DNA from: the human T2T-CHM13v2.0 reference genome, Homo sapiens
DNA length: 64,000 nucleotides
NCBI RefSeq assembly: GCF_009914755.1
Contig: NC_060926.1
Reading direction: 5' to 3' (one strand)
Below, one piece after another: positions 37,561-52,400 of the stretch (positions are counted from its first letter, which is position 1; each line of letters starts with the position of its first letter). The notes below the pieces were generated by a model. That model was not told where the DNA came from and made no database searches. It saw only the letters and a list, made by a program, of their open reading frames with translations. Position numbers and translations under genes: made by a program.

Positions 37561-39896
37561 TTTGAAAAGGAGGATGAAAATGAATGCAATCAGAACAAAC
37601 TTCACAGAGGAAAATGCTTATACAAACAAAATGCAGAAAACAAACTAAATCATGATGTAAAAATAAAGATGAATAAGCAGAATACAATTTGAGGGGAAAA
37701 ATCCCTATACATGATGTGACATAATTTGTATAAAGCATGCAGCAGAAAAATGGCTACATATATATTTAATATAATGTTTACACTTGGATGACAGATCTGT
37801 TGGTGATTATCACTTCTACCTGCCTTTTGGTACTTTTCTTGGTTTAACATGCATTGTTTTCATAATTGGAGGTTTCTGTTTGTTCGTTTAAAGAAAGAAA
37901 CATACACAAGAACCACAGGAAATTGGCATGCCTGTTTAACAGATGGGTCTGTATTTGGTGACTTATCCTTCCTTTATTAAACCATAAAATCACTTTATAA
38001 ATGATCAGTTATGGCAAAAAGAAAACAAAGATACAACACCACACAAAATGAAATAAAAAATAGGGCTTTTCAAATCTACTGACCACTAAGGATCCATTCC
38101 CTGACTTCAACATAAAGATAAAATTAAGAAAGCTTGCTGATACCTTAGGGGTGCAGTAGAAAGCAAACTAAGTTTGAATTGTAGTCAACAGTGTTATAAA
38201 CAGGTCTCAATGCTATATATAAGAGCCGTCTCAATGCTATGTATAAGAGCCGTCACAATTTAGTGGCTATTAGGTAGGACTGTACAGAGGCTTCCTCAGT
38301 AATGAAGTGAAGCATAAACATATATTTTGCATAGCCAAAGTCATACAATCCTAGTTTTTCATTCCAACCCTCATCTGCTCACTACCCCTTGCCACTTATT
38401 ACAATACCTATGTAACCTGGTGCAAACAGTCTAGCCTAGGTCTGAGTTTCTTTATCTGTAATTTGTGCTGATGACGTCTACTTCATAGGGTTATATTCAT
38501 TCAATTCCACAAACACTAACTGAGCATCTACTTTTTTTTACTAGAGATACAGTGATTGGAGAGATGACCATTCAATTTGTGAGAATTAAGCAAGACAAAG
38601 CCTGAGAAATTAGACAGACGATCCTCAACTAATAAGTTTATGTCTTCCAGTCCTACGAGGAGTTCTGTCTCATGCCACACACCATGGAAAGGGAAATTCT
38701 AGCCCTCTCTTGTTACTCTCAGCTTCAGTTCTAAACATCTTGCCCCAATCTACTCCTTGTAATGGTACTTCCTCCCATTACTATGTTTCTAACCTGTAAC
38801 TTGTCCATTTGCCTATGTTGACCTACTTTGATATTAAGGACTTAATGTGTTCCTCTGCCTACATTTGAATTACCCCCATCTCAAACATCCCTCTCAATTC
38901 AACTCAGCTTCTGGAATCAAAAAGTCAAATGCTCTCCATGTTCCCTTTTAGTTTTGCTGAAACTGCAAACTGTTTTGCATATGATTATGCAAATGCAGAT
39001 ATGATTCAAAAGAGGGTCTTTTTCCATGAGAAGTAGATTATGGACATTGGCAGTCTGGACAAATCAGTTGTCTTCATATATTGTGAGACATATAAAAATG
39101 AACACACACAAAGTAGACATTTTTATTCTTTTCATTTAGATGGTCATATAAAACCACAGGAAGAAAGTGTCAGTTGCTCTGCAAGCATAGTTAACTTGGA
39201 TATTTAAGAAAAGGCCTTAGCTCTACAGTAAATATTTGGCAAATGAATGCTCATTTATATATTTAGTTTCACACAAATATTTAAGGTATGCATATATCAT
39301 ATTTTATGATCTCCACTTTAATACACAAGTACCTGACTCAGGTGGTAGTTAGAAGGCTTTTATTGTAACACATTCAATCTGATAAAGGTCTTAAGAGACA
39401 TACGGTTTATAGTGCTATAAGAAGTGAGAAGTTAACTCGAGATCAGGAAGGGGACAAGGTGGCACACGAGAAAGGATCTGAGGGAAGAGTAGCATTTGGA
39501 CATGTAGAGGTAAGGGAAAAAAGAGAAGACTGGGTAGAGATGAGGGGAGTCAACAGAGGGATGCTGAGTAGTAGTTTGTGGCTCATGAAGGTGAACTGTG
39601 GTTGAAGCGGTAAATAAAGTGTGCTGGGGCCAGAACATGAGGACAACTACATGCTTGGGAACATTGTGTATGTTCCAAAGGTTGAAAATACTGATGCCAG
39701 TTCCTCTGAGTTTTAGCTATAATTAAATCCTAGTGGTCAGCAGGGAATATGGAGCAAAACAAATGATTAATATACATTTCTTGCAAAATAGCACAATACA
39801 AATGATAATTTTGTCTACTTACTTTCCGAAAGACATCTTTGGCCCAATGTATGTGCATACTATAGCTAATATTGCTCATTAAGAGTTAGAAAAATT

Positions 39897-40237
<341 letters not shown>

Positions 40238-40948
40238 TCATAAATCTAACAAATTATCTGAAAAAAATTAGAGAAGGAAATATTGCCCTAAGATCACAAA
40301 TCACAAAAGATGAAGCAAATGGGTCTCAGAGGCTTACTGAAGTTGTGAGAACATGTGATTAGTATGAATATTACAGAAATTTGAATTCGCCAAAATACTT
40401 GAAAATAAGGCACGTGGCTTAGCATGGATGTGGACCTAGAAAAGAATCAAATTCTCTCTTTGCTAGAAAGTAGTATAGTACCTATAAAATACATATGTTC
40501 CAAGCATCTAAATATATTTCATAAAGTATGAGGAGTACAGAGATCTCATGTAAGTCTCCAGATAGTTACAATGGGAAATTACTATAGAATATATTTTAAT
40601 TTGAAAATTACAGGTAGTTATCAAATGCTTCAACATATCTCACTACAGGAATTATAAATGATAATAGGTAAATTTGATTAATACATGGCTTTCAAAAAGT
40701 GATGATAAAGTCAAAATAATACAGAAAAATGTTTATTATGGAGACATTTACTGACCTTTTTAAGACTTGATTTTTTCCTCTTCCATAGGACAGAGATAAC
40801 AAATACTTATATGATGATTGTGAATACTAAATAAGATAATGGGAATAAAGTAGCTGGCAAAGATTGGTGCATAGTAGGCACACAGGAAATGATAGGTATT
40901 ACATTATCAACCACATAATGTACCAAACATTAAAAACAGAAAGCTGGA

Positions 40949-41242
40949 TTTTTTTTTTTTTTTTTTTTTTTGAGACAGGGTCTTACTCCGTTACCCAGGC
41001 TGGAGTGCAGTGGCATGAATCAGGGCTCACTGTAGCCTGAACCTCCTGGGCTCAAGTGACCCTCCCACCTCAGCCTCCTAAGCAGTTGAGACCACAGGCA
41101 CATGCCACTATGCCTGGCTAATTTTTTTATTGTAGAGATGGGGTCTCCCCATGTTGCTCAGGCTGGTCTTGAACTCCTGGGATCAAGTAATCCTCCTGCC
41201 TTGGTCTCCCAGAGTTATAAGCATGAGCCACTGTGCCTGGCC
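40949..41242 (-). mobile_element. AluJ
   Basis: Diverged dimer with polyT; TSD aaagctggat. Confidence 0.9.
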
Positions 41243-43535
41243 AAAAGCTGGATATTTGTTATGATTACTTCTACTGAGAATTATGTCTATAGACTAGACA
41301 GGACAGGAAAAGAAGACAGACAAATATGTCTGTTTTGGGAAAATAAAATTGTAGGTTGATTTTCATCTCTTTTTAAAATCTCATTTACTTGTGCAATAAA
41401 TATGGTATTTCAAATGACTCTTAAGCATGCCTTCCACAGATTAGTGAAAATAAACAAAATAAACTATTTTTTTTTACTACATTTTCTTTTACTTTGTCCT
41501 TTTGCCCAGTGAACAAGAAAGTAACATATACCTCTTTTAACATCCCCACCCCTTCCACAGTGAGTGTCAAACAAAATCCTGGAGGTGAAAACGTCAAATA
41601 GTTTACAGGCACCTGTAATAGTTAGTGTTATTTCATACTGACACAACTAACAAAACATCCTAGGATTATAAAGAACAAAATTCAAATGTGACTCAAACAT
41701 AAGAATATTTTTTTCCCTTTTGTCTCTGAAAGCACTGTTTCTCTCCTCATTGAATTAGGTGACTTTTGCCCTTGTTGTGTATGTCAATTTGTCATATAGC
41801 TGCAGCCTTCTTATCAGACACAGAGTCACTGTCCTTGAAAAAGTGAACTAAGTCACCTATTATCAGTAGAAGACAGTCTTAACCTCAAATTTCTCTATGG
41901 CTCCTGGAAGTGAACACAAATATCTTAAATTAGGGTACTTTTGAAATATGCATCTTCCTACAGGTATTGACAGTTGCTTATTTTATCTTTAGAAATTTAC
42001 AAATATGATGTAGTTATTAATACATTTAAAAGTACTTTATAAATAGACAAGATTTACAAATATGAAGAGAATTATTCCTGGCAGTAGAGACAGTAACCAC
42101 CATATTCTTTTTAAGAAATGTTTTTTACTACTATTTTATTGCTCCAGGTAACTCACAGAATAGTAATCACCATACTCTTATCTTCCATAAGAACTGGTAA
42201 GCTGTTAGCCTGCTCCTAAGAGACTCATATAATGACACTTGATTTGAAGTTGCAAAATAACTGTGCAATACCTTTCATGAACACAATAAAGTCATATTGA
42301 GATGTCGTTGTATGCAAGGCTTCAAAAAACAGAATGAACAAAAATCCTCAGCTTCAACAGATATACAGAAATATCAAAAGGTGACAGAGTTAACCTCTAG
42401 CAATACCAGACCTCTGCCTGTTAAAGCCACTTCTTTGATAAGGTTTCAGGTGGCCAATAATGCCTGTTGTGTCTACTGGATTGAATTAATATCTCTGTGG
42501 AAGGGAATTTTGAGAAGACCAAAACCAGTCATAAGCTGTTGACTACCAACATTCCCCACCAATCTAAGCAGTTCTTAGACCAGTGCTTGGCACACAGCAA
42601 GTATTTAATAAACAATATTATGACTGTTATTTTTATTAATTATAGTCTGAATTATTGCTATTAGATAAGAAAATATAAATATGATATGTTCTATTTTTGT
42701 TCATTTCTGGATATTTATGGATTTTATTAAATAGAAAATATCAAAGTATGGAAAATCATCAAAGTTTAAACATTAAAAGTAAGGGTGCTATTTTCTGCTT
42801 ATTCTCCCTTTTCTATGGAACTAAAAAACAGATGCAGATATGGCGACAATTTTCTAAATACTTGACCTTGCACAGCTCATATAAGGCAAAATGTTTTGCT
42901 GAGACAGTCTGAAGGTTCAAACAATTGTCCCTAGCTCATGCAAGGGTGAGAAGATCTCCTGCACAGAAAGAGTGTCCTGACCAGGAAGAAAGAGATGAGA
43001 AATTGAACTCTTTCCCACTTTTGCTTCTAGGTCTGGTGATCAGCAAAAACTTTTAGCTCTGCTTCTTTTCAAAGGAAGAGTAGGAAAATGAGTGCCTGTT
43101 TATAAACTGCTTAAGAATAAATGGTTTTCAATTGCCACAGAAAGTCTCTCCTAGGGCACTGCAAACACCCCTTGGGATGGGGAGAAACCCAATGAAAGAA
43201 CAGGAATGTAGGCTCCCAAGCAGCCTACACATCCGTGGGTACAGAAACATATCTAAACACACAGAATCCAACAACTGCAATTCAGAACCATGCTTTACAG
43301 CACCCTACTTATTTTATTATACCTGTAAACATAGAAATTACACAATAAAACATGCTGTAATCACTCCCCATAAGTGCTGCTGTCACTTCGATATGTAATA
43401 CATATTTTTACATGACTAAATATATTTTATGAAACACTTAAAAACATGTAAGGGGAAATATTTTGTGTTAAAATAAGAAGAGGAAAGATTTTGCCTTATA
43501 AATTTTTTCTCTAAGACAAATAATCAATCATATAG

Positions 43536-43889
<354 letters not shown>

Positions 43890-44898
43890 ATGTGTGTTTA
43901 TTTTAAACAGCTGCTATTGAAACTAAGGCCATACTTTGCTTTGAGTTAAATTTGATGAAGTTTTAATAGAATAATTCATACAGCTGAAAATTTTCTCGCT
44001 GTAGTGTATCATTCAGACTCAGATTTGAATATTGGCCCTGTCACTTAATAGCTGTGTGATTACATAAAAATACCTCTCTTAGCCTCAGTGCTTTCATATG
44101 TAAAAATAAGGTAATAATACCTAACTAGCAATATCAGATTACTTTGAGAATAATATAGTATAGCATAACATATAACATAATATACCATACAGACATACAC
44201 ATACACCTTTACATGTGTCTAACACTGAGTTAACACTGAGCATCTATGGTAGCTACTAGTATGGATAGTTCATAGTTATATATCATTCTGTCATACTTTA
44301 GCATTGAGATATTACACAAATTTCTTAACCACTTTGAGTCTATTTCCTTATGTGATGAATGGAGTGATGAGATCACCTATGTTACAGGGCTGTTACAACG
44401 TTTAGATGAAATGATACACATATGAAGCCTAATGTTAAGTCCATGGAAGGCCCTCAAAACATGGAGCATGTAGTATCTTCACAGCTTAAGGGAAAAGAGA
44501 TTTCTGTTGTACTTCTAGAGTTTTAACTTTGATGTTAAGTTTTATTCCAGTTAGAAATTATGCAGGGAGACTTTAGGGTAACAGAAGAAACTGGCAACCA
44601 ATGAATTATGTCTACCTATATTTTCTCCAAATATAAAATAGAATGACAAGAACAAATAAAACTACACAAAACCCACACATTCAGCACAATTATAGACCAA
44701 GCATGTCCATACTTCAAAATACCATAAGGAAAATGGAAAAAAAGCACTAAATCCCAGAGAATGATCTCATATTCCATGTTAATATTTCACATATTCAAAA
44801 AAGAATACCTGAAATCAGTAATAGGGCAAAACATATAAAAAGAAAAAAATGAACCTAACTACTAATAAGTGAATAAGATAATCATACTGAAGGTGGCA

Positions 44899-44941
44899 TG
44901 TCTGTGTGTGTGTGTCTGTGTCTGTGTGTGTGTGTGTGTGC

Positions 44942-44978
<37 letters not shown>
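44899..44978. repeat. (TG)n microsatellite
   Basis: Read directly. Confidence 0.95.
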
Positions 44979-44980
<2 letters not shown>

Positions 44981-45028
44981 TGGGGAGGAGGAGGGAATTA
45001 AGTGACTTTGAAAAACATAAACCAGATA

Positions 45029-45340
45029 AGCCAGGTGCAGTGGCTCATGTCTATAATGCATCCAGCACTTTGGGAGGTTGGGGCAGCAGGACTGCTTGAA
45101 CCCAGGAGTTTGAGTCCAGCCTGAGCAACATAGTGAGACCCCATCTCTACGAAAAATATACAGTTAGCCGGGCATAGTGGTGCATGCCTGCGGTCTCAGT
45201 GACTTGGAAGGCTGAGGTAAGAGGATCCTTGAGCCAGGAGGATGGGGCTGCAGCGAGCCACAATTGGTCAACTGCACTCCAGCCTGGGCAACAGGGTGAG
45301 ACCCTTTCAAAAAAGAAAAATAGAAAAAGAAAAAGAAAAG
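45029..45340 (+). mobile_element. AluJ
   Basis: Diverged dimer with A-rich tail. Confidence 0.88.
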
Positions 45341-45572
45341 AAGTATCAGTACTCTTACTTGAAGTCTAAACATAAAAAGAGCTCTCAAAAATATTGTACT
45401 CTACCCAGTAATTTCAAAATTCATATGTACTCCAGGATTGAGCAAATATATAAATATATTATGGATAATGAACCTAAGTTTCTTATTGACAGAGAGAGGA
45501 GTTTACAAATAAGAAAAGGGAGAAGGCTAGAATAAACTCTGTGAGACTGGGCTGGCATTAGAAGTAGCAATA

Positions 45573-46085
45573 AAGAATTATAAATCATGCTGCTATAAAG
45601 ACACATGCACACGTATGTTTTTGCGGCACTATTCACAATAGCAAAGACTAGGAACCAACCCAAATGTCTACCAATGATAGACTGGATTAAGAAAATGTGG
45701 CACATATACACCATGGAATACTATACAGCCATAAAAAAGGATGAGTTCATGTCCTTTGTAGGGACATGGATGAAGCTAGAAACTATCATTCTGAGCAAAC
45801 TATCGCATGGACAGAAAACCAAACACCGCGTGTTCTCACTCATAGGTGGGAATTGAACAATGAGAACACTTGGACACAGGGTGGGGAACATCATACACTG
45901 GGGCCTGTCATGCAGTTGGGGGAAGGGGGAGGGATAGCATTAGGAGATATACCTAATGTAAATGATGAATTAACAGGTGTAGCACACCAACATGGCACAG
46001 GTATACATATGTAACAAACCTGCACATTGTGCATATGTATCCTAGAACTTAAACTATAATAATAAAAAATAAAAAAATTAAAAAA
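45573..46085 (+). mobile_element. 5'-truncated primate L1PA (about 510 bp)
   Basis: ORF2 C-terminus (WIKKMWHIYTMEYY...SLIGGN), 3' UTR and A tail; 13-bp TSD agaagtagcaata (45560-45572 and 46086-46098). Confidence 0.93.
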
Positions 46086-46657
46086 AGAAGTAGCAATATG
46101 AAATTACAGAATAAGATATAAATAGAATAAAACAATAAGTTAAAAAGCCAGGGAATGAAGTTAAGCTGTAGAGTTTTTATTAATTTTCATTTTGCTTGTT
46201 TCTTTGTTTATGCAAACAATGTTAACATTATAAGCTTAAAACAATGAGTTATAACACAGAATTTGTAAGATGCATGGATAACCTCAAATCAAAAAACATA
46301 CAACAGATACACAAAAATAAAATGCAAGAAATTAACTCATACCACAAGAGAAAATCACCTTCACTAAACGGAAGACAGGAAAGAAGAAAAGAAGGAAGAG
46401 AAGACAACAACACAAAAGAAACAACAACAACAACAAAAACAGCAGGAGTAAGTCCTTACTTATCAATAATAACCTTGAATGAAATGGACTAAATTCGCCA
46501 ATCAAAAGACATAGAGTGGTTGAATAAATTAAAAAAAAAACCAGACCCAATGATCTGTTGCCAGAAACATGCTTCACCTATAAAGACAACATACGCTCAA
46601 AATAAAGGGGGAAAAAAAAGAGATATTCCATGCCAATGGAAACCAGGAAAGAGCAGG

Positions 46658-48940
46658 AGTTGGATTGGCTCTGTGTCCCCACTCAAATCGCATCTCGAAT
46701 TATAATCCCCACATTTTAGGGGAATGGCCTGGTGGGAGGTGACTGAGTCATGGGGGTGGACTTCCCCTTTGCTGTTCTTGTCATAGAGTTCTCACGAGAT
46801 CTGGTTGTTTGATAAGTGTCTGGCACCTTCCACCCCCTCTCTCTCCTGCTGCCTTCTGAAGATCTTGCTTCTCCTTTACCTTCTGTCATGATTATAAGTT
46901 TCCGCCATGTGGAACTGTGAATCAATTAAACTTCTTTTCTTTATAAATTACACAGTCTCAGGTAGGTCTTTATAGCAGTGTGAAAAAGGACTAATATAGA
47001 AAATCAGTACCGAGATAGTGGGGCACTGATATAAAGATACCTGAAAATGTGGAAGCACCATTGGAACTGGGTAATGGGTAGAGGTTGGAACAGTTTGGGT
47101 TCAGAAGAAAACAGGAAGATGTGGGAAGTATGAAACTTCCTAGAGACTTTAATGGTTTTGACCAAAATGCTGATAGTGATATGGACAATGAAATCCGGGC
47201 TGAGGTGGTCTCAGATGGAGATGAGGAAGTTATTGGGAACTGGAATAAAGGTCACTCTTGCTATGCTTTAGAGATCTGTGGAACTCTGAGCTTGAAAATG
47301 ATAATTTAGGGAATCTGGCAGAAATTTACAAGCAGTAAGTGTCCAAGATGTGACCTGGTTTTTTCTGAAAGTGTACACTCATATGCACAAAGACAGAGAT
47401 GGTCTGATATTGGAACTTAGTTTAAAAGGGAAACAGAGCACAAAAGTTTGGAAAATTTGCAGCCTGACCATGTGGTAGAAAAAAAAAAACACTATCTGAG
47501 GAGAAATTCAAGCCAGCTGCAGAAACTTGCATAAGTAAAGAGAAGTCAAACATTAATAGCCAAGACTATGGGGAAAATGTCTCCAGGGCATGTCAGAGAT
47601 CTTCATGGGAGCCCCTCCAATCACAGGCCCAGAGGCCCTAGGAGGGAAAAATGGTTCCATGGGCCAGGCCCAGGGCGCCACTGCTCTATGCAGCCTTGGA
47701 CATGGTGCCCTGCATTCCAGCCACTCAGGCTCCAGCTGTGGCTAAAAGGGGCAAACACAGAGCTCAGGCCATTGCTTCAGAGAGTGCAAGCCAAGCCCCA
47801 AGACTTGGTGGCTTCTACATGATGCTGGGCCTGCAGGTGTACAGAAGACACAAGTTGAGTTTTGGGAGCCTTTACCTAGATTTCAGAGGATGTATGGAAA
47901 TCCCTGGAGGTCCAGGAAAACGTCTGCTACAGGGTTGCAGCCCTCATGGAGAACCTCTACTAGGGCAATGCAGAGGGGAAATGTGGGGTTGGAGCCCCCA
48001 CACAGAGTCACCACTGGGGCACTGCCTCTAGTGGAGCTTTGAGAAGAGGGTCACCATCCTCCAGACCCCAGAATGGTAGATTCACCTACAGCTTGCACTG
48101 TGCACCTGAAAAAGCCATAGGCAATCAACGCCAGCCTGAGAAAGCAGTCATGGAGGCTGTACCCTGCAGAGCCACAGAAGCAGAGCTGCCCATGGCTTGG
48201 GAGCCTACATCTTGCATGACCGAGCCCTGGATATGAGACATGGAGTCAAAGAAGATGAATTTGGAGCTTTAAAATTTAATGACTGCCCTGTTGGGTTTCA
48301 AACTTGCATGGGGCCTGTAGCTCCTTTGTTTTGGTCAATTTCTCCCACTTGGAATGAGGGCATTTACCCAATGTCTGTACTCCCATTGTATCTTGGAACT
48401 AACTAATTTGTGATTTTACAGGCTCGTAAGTGAAAACAACTCGTCTTGTCTCAGTCTCAATGAGACTCTGAGCTTGTGCTTTTCAGTTAAGGCTGGAATG
48501 AGTTAAGACTTTGGGGGACTACTGGGAAGGCATATTGGTTTTGAAAAGTGAAAGGGATAAGAGATTTGGGAGAGGCTGGGATGGAATTATATGGTTTGGC
48601 TCTGTGTCCCCACCCAAATTGCAACTCAAATTGTAATCCCCATGTGTTGGAAGAGTGGCTTGATGGGAGGTGACTGAATCATGGGGGTGGACTTCCCCCT
48701 TGCTGTTCTTGTGATAGAGTTCTCATGAGATCTGGTTGTTTGATAAGTGTCTGGTGCTTCCCCCCTTCTCTCTCCTGCCACCTTTTGAAGAAGGTGCTTG
48801 CTCTTCATTTGCTGTCATGGTTGTAAGTTTCCTGGGGCCTCCCAAGCCATGCAGAACTGTGAGTTAATTAAACCTCTTTTCTTTATAAATTACTCAGTCT
48901 CAGGTAGTTCTTTACAGCCGTGTGAAAATGGACTAACATA
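46658..48940 (+). mobile_element. MaLR MSTA element: LTR (about 46658-46998), internal region (46999-48586), LTR (48587-48940)
   Basis: Two similar direct LTRs (tttggctctgtgtcccca...ggactaa(t/c)ata) flank a ~1.6 kb MST internal sequence with a polypurine tract before the 3' LTR. Confidence 0.9.
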
Positions 48941-49126
48941 GTAACTAACACAAAATTGATTTCAAGACAAAAACTATAAGAAGAAACAAAGAAGGTCACT
49001 ATATAATGATAAAAAGGTCAATTCAGCAAGAGGATATAACAGTTGTAAATATATATGCACCCAATGCTTGAGCACCCAGATATATATAAAGCAAATGTTA
49101 TTAGAGCTAAAGAAAGAGATAGGCCT

Positions 49127-49487
49127 TGTATTAGTCCATTTTCACTCTGCTGATAAAGACATACCCATGACTGAATAATTTATAACGAAAAAGAGGTTTA
49201 ATGGACTCAGTTCCATGTGGCTGGGAAGGCCTCACAATCATAGTGGAAGGCAAAAGGCATGTCTTACATGGCAGCAGGCAAGAGAGAAGGAAAAACCAAG
49301 TGGAAGGGGAAATCCCTTATAAAAACACCAGATCTTATGAGATTTATTCACTACCACGAGAACAGTATGGGGGAAAGTGCCCCCGTGATTCAATTATCTT
49401 CCACTGGGTCCCTCCCACAACATGTGGTAATTATGGGAACTATAATTCAAGATGAGATTTGGTTGGGGACATAGCCAAACCATATCA
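49127..49487 (-). mobile_element. THE1 solo LTR
   Basis: tgtattagtccattttcac...gccaaaccatatca; 5-bp TSD ggcct/ggccc. Confidence 0.92.
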
Positions 49488-52400
49488 GGCCCCAATACAT
49501 AATAGCTGGAGACTTCAACACCCGACTTTCAGCATCGGACAGATTGCCCAGACAGAAAATCAACGAAGAAACATTGGATTTAATCGGTACTATGGATCAA
49601 ATGGATCAAATAGATATTTACAGAATATTTCCCCCAACAGCTGGAGAATATACTTCTTTTCCTCAGCACATGGATCATTCTCAAGGACAGACTATATTAT
49701 AGGTCACAAAACAAGTCTTAAAACATTAAAAAAATGGAAATATTATCAAGCAGTGGCCCAATGAAGAAATGAAGAAGGAAACTGAAAAATTTCTTGAAAC
49801 AAATGATAATGGAAACATAACATACCGAAACCTATAGGTTACTGTAAAAGCAGGACTAAGAAAGAAGTTTATAGCTATAAGTGGCTACATCAAAAAAGGA
49901 AAAGAAAAACTTCAAATAACCTAACAATGCATCTTAAAGAGCTAGAAAAGCAAGAGCAAATCAAATATAAAATTAGTAGGAAAAAGGATATAATGAAGAT
50001 CAGAGCAGAAATAAACGAATTGGAAATGAAGAAAACAACATAAAAGATCACTAAAACAAATCATTGGGCTTTTTTTAAAAGATAAAACTGACAAATCTTT
50101 AGACAGATTAACTTAAAAACAAAAAGTGAGAGAAAACCCAAATAAAACCAAAGATGAAAAAGGAGACATTTCAACCAATACTGCAGAAACTCAAAGGACC
50201 ATTAGTGGCTACTTTAAGCAACTATATGCCAGTAAGTTGGAAAATCTAGAGGAAATGGATAAATTCCTAGACACATGCAACCTACCAAGAGTGAACCATG
50301 AAGAAATCTAAAACCTGAACAGACCAATAACAGGTAATGAGACAGAAGCCATAAGTCTCCCAGTAAAGAAAAATCTGGGACTGGATAGCTTCACTGCAGA
50401 ATTCTACCAAATATTTAAAGAAGAATAATACCAATCCTATTCCAACTATTCCAAACAATAGAGGAGGAGGAAATGCTTCCAAACTAATTCTAAAAGCCCA
50501 GTATTACCCTGATACTAAACCCAGACAAAGACACATTAAAAAAATAAAACTACAGGCCAATATCATTGATAAATAAATACTGTTAAAATGTTCCTACTAC
50601 CCAAAGCAATGTACAGATTTAATGCAATTTCTCTCAAAATATCAATGACATTCTTTAAAGAAATACAAAAAACAATCCTAAACTTTATATGAAGTTACAA
50701 AGACCTAGAATAGCCAAAGCTCTGATGACCAAAAACAACAAAACTGGAGGAATCATATTACCTGACTTCATATTATACTATGGAGCTATAGTAAGCAAAA
50801 TAGCAGGGTAGTAGTATCAAAAGATACACAAACATCAGTGGAACAGAATAGAGAACCCAAAGATAAATCCAAGCATCTACAGTAAACCCATTTTTGACAA
50901 AGGTGCCAAGAACAAACATTGGAGAAAGGACAGCCTCTTCAATAAATGCTGCTAGGAAAACTGGATATCCATATGCAAAAGAATAAAACTAGACCTCTAT
51001 CTCTCACCATATATAAAAATCAAATCAAAATGGATTAAAGACTTAACTCTAAGACCTCAAACTATGAAATTAGTAAAAGGAAACATTGAGGAAACTCTCC
51101 AGAACACTGGACTGGACAAAGATTTCTTGAGTAATACCCCACAAGCACAGGCAACCAAAGCAAAAAAGGGACAAATGGAATCACATCAAGTTAAAAACTT
51201 CTGCACAACAAAGGAAACAATCAACAAAGTGAAGAGACAACACACAGAATGGGAAAAAATATTTGCAAACTACTCATCTGACAAGGGATTAAAAACCAGA
51301 ATATATAAGGAGTTCAAACAACTATAGAAAAAAAATAATTATCTGGTTAAAAAATGGGCGAAAATCTGAATAGACATTTCTCAAAAGAAGACATATAAAT
51401 GGCAAATGGGTACATGAAAAGGTGCTCAACATCACTGATTATCAGAGAAATGCAAATCAAAACTACAATGAGATATCATCTCACCCCAGTTAAACTGGCT
51501 TATATCCAAAAGACAGGCAATAAACAATGCGGACAAGAATATGGAGAAAAAGGAATCCTCATGCACTATTGGTTGGAATGTAAATTAGTACAAAAACTAT
51601 GGAGAAGAGTTTGGAAGTTCCTCACAAAACTAAAAATAGAGCTACCATATGATCCAGCAATCTCTTTGTTGGGTATATACCCCAAAGAAAAGAAATCAGT
51701 GTATCAAAGAGATAGCTGCACTCCCATGTCTATTGCAACACTGTTCACAACAGCCACAATTTGGAAGCTACCTAAGTGTCCATTAACAGATGAATGGATA
51801 AAGAAAATGTGGTACATATATACAATGGAGTACTATTCAGCCATAAAAAGAATGAGATCCTGAGATCTGCAACAACACAGATGGAACTGGAGGTCATAAT
51901 GTTAAGTGAAATAAGCCAGGCACGGAAAGACAAACTTCACATGTTTTCACTTATTTGTGGGAGCCAAATATTAAAAGTATTGAACTCATGCAGATAGAGA
52001 ATAGAAGGATGGTAATCAGAAGCTGGGAAGGGTAGTGAGGGTGTTACAGGGGAAGTGGATGATTAATAGGTAGAAAAAAAGAGTTAGAATAAATAAGACT
52101 TAGTATCTGCTAACACAACAGGATGACTATAGTAAAAAATAATTTAATTGTACATATAAAAATTACTAAAAGTATAACTTAGATTGTTTGTAACACAAAG
52201 GATAAATGCTTGAGGTGGTACATGCCCCATTTATCTTGATGTGATTTTTATGCACTGCATGCCTGTATCAAGATATCTCATGTAACCCAAAAATATATAC
52301 ACCTACTATGTACCCACAAAAATTAAAAAAATAAAAAGATAAAAAATAAAGAAATGCAATGTGCAACCTATATTAGATGTGGACACTAGTGGGACAACGA

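Larger units (their letters stand above)
46100..52350 (+). mobile_element. L1MA-type element with internal deletions, interrupted by MSTA and THE1
   Basis: Broken ORF2 pieces (e.g. 51399-51863 [15 protein letters not shown]...[16 protein letters not shown]), L1MA 3' UTR and A tail at about 52320-52350. Confidence 0.88.

Noticed and set aside
47085-48406. Cluster of + strand ORFs
   Set aside because: Decayed MST internal sequence.
50126-51997. ORFs with reverse-transcriptase-element similarity
   Set aside because: Broken L1 ORF2 remnants with stops, frameshifts and deletions; not an intact gene.
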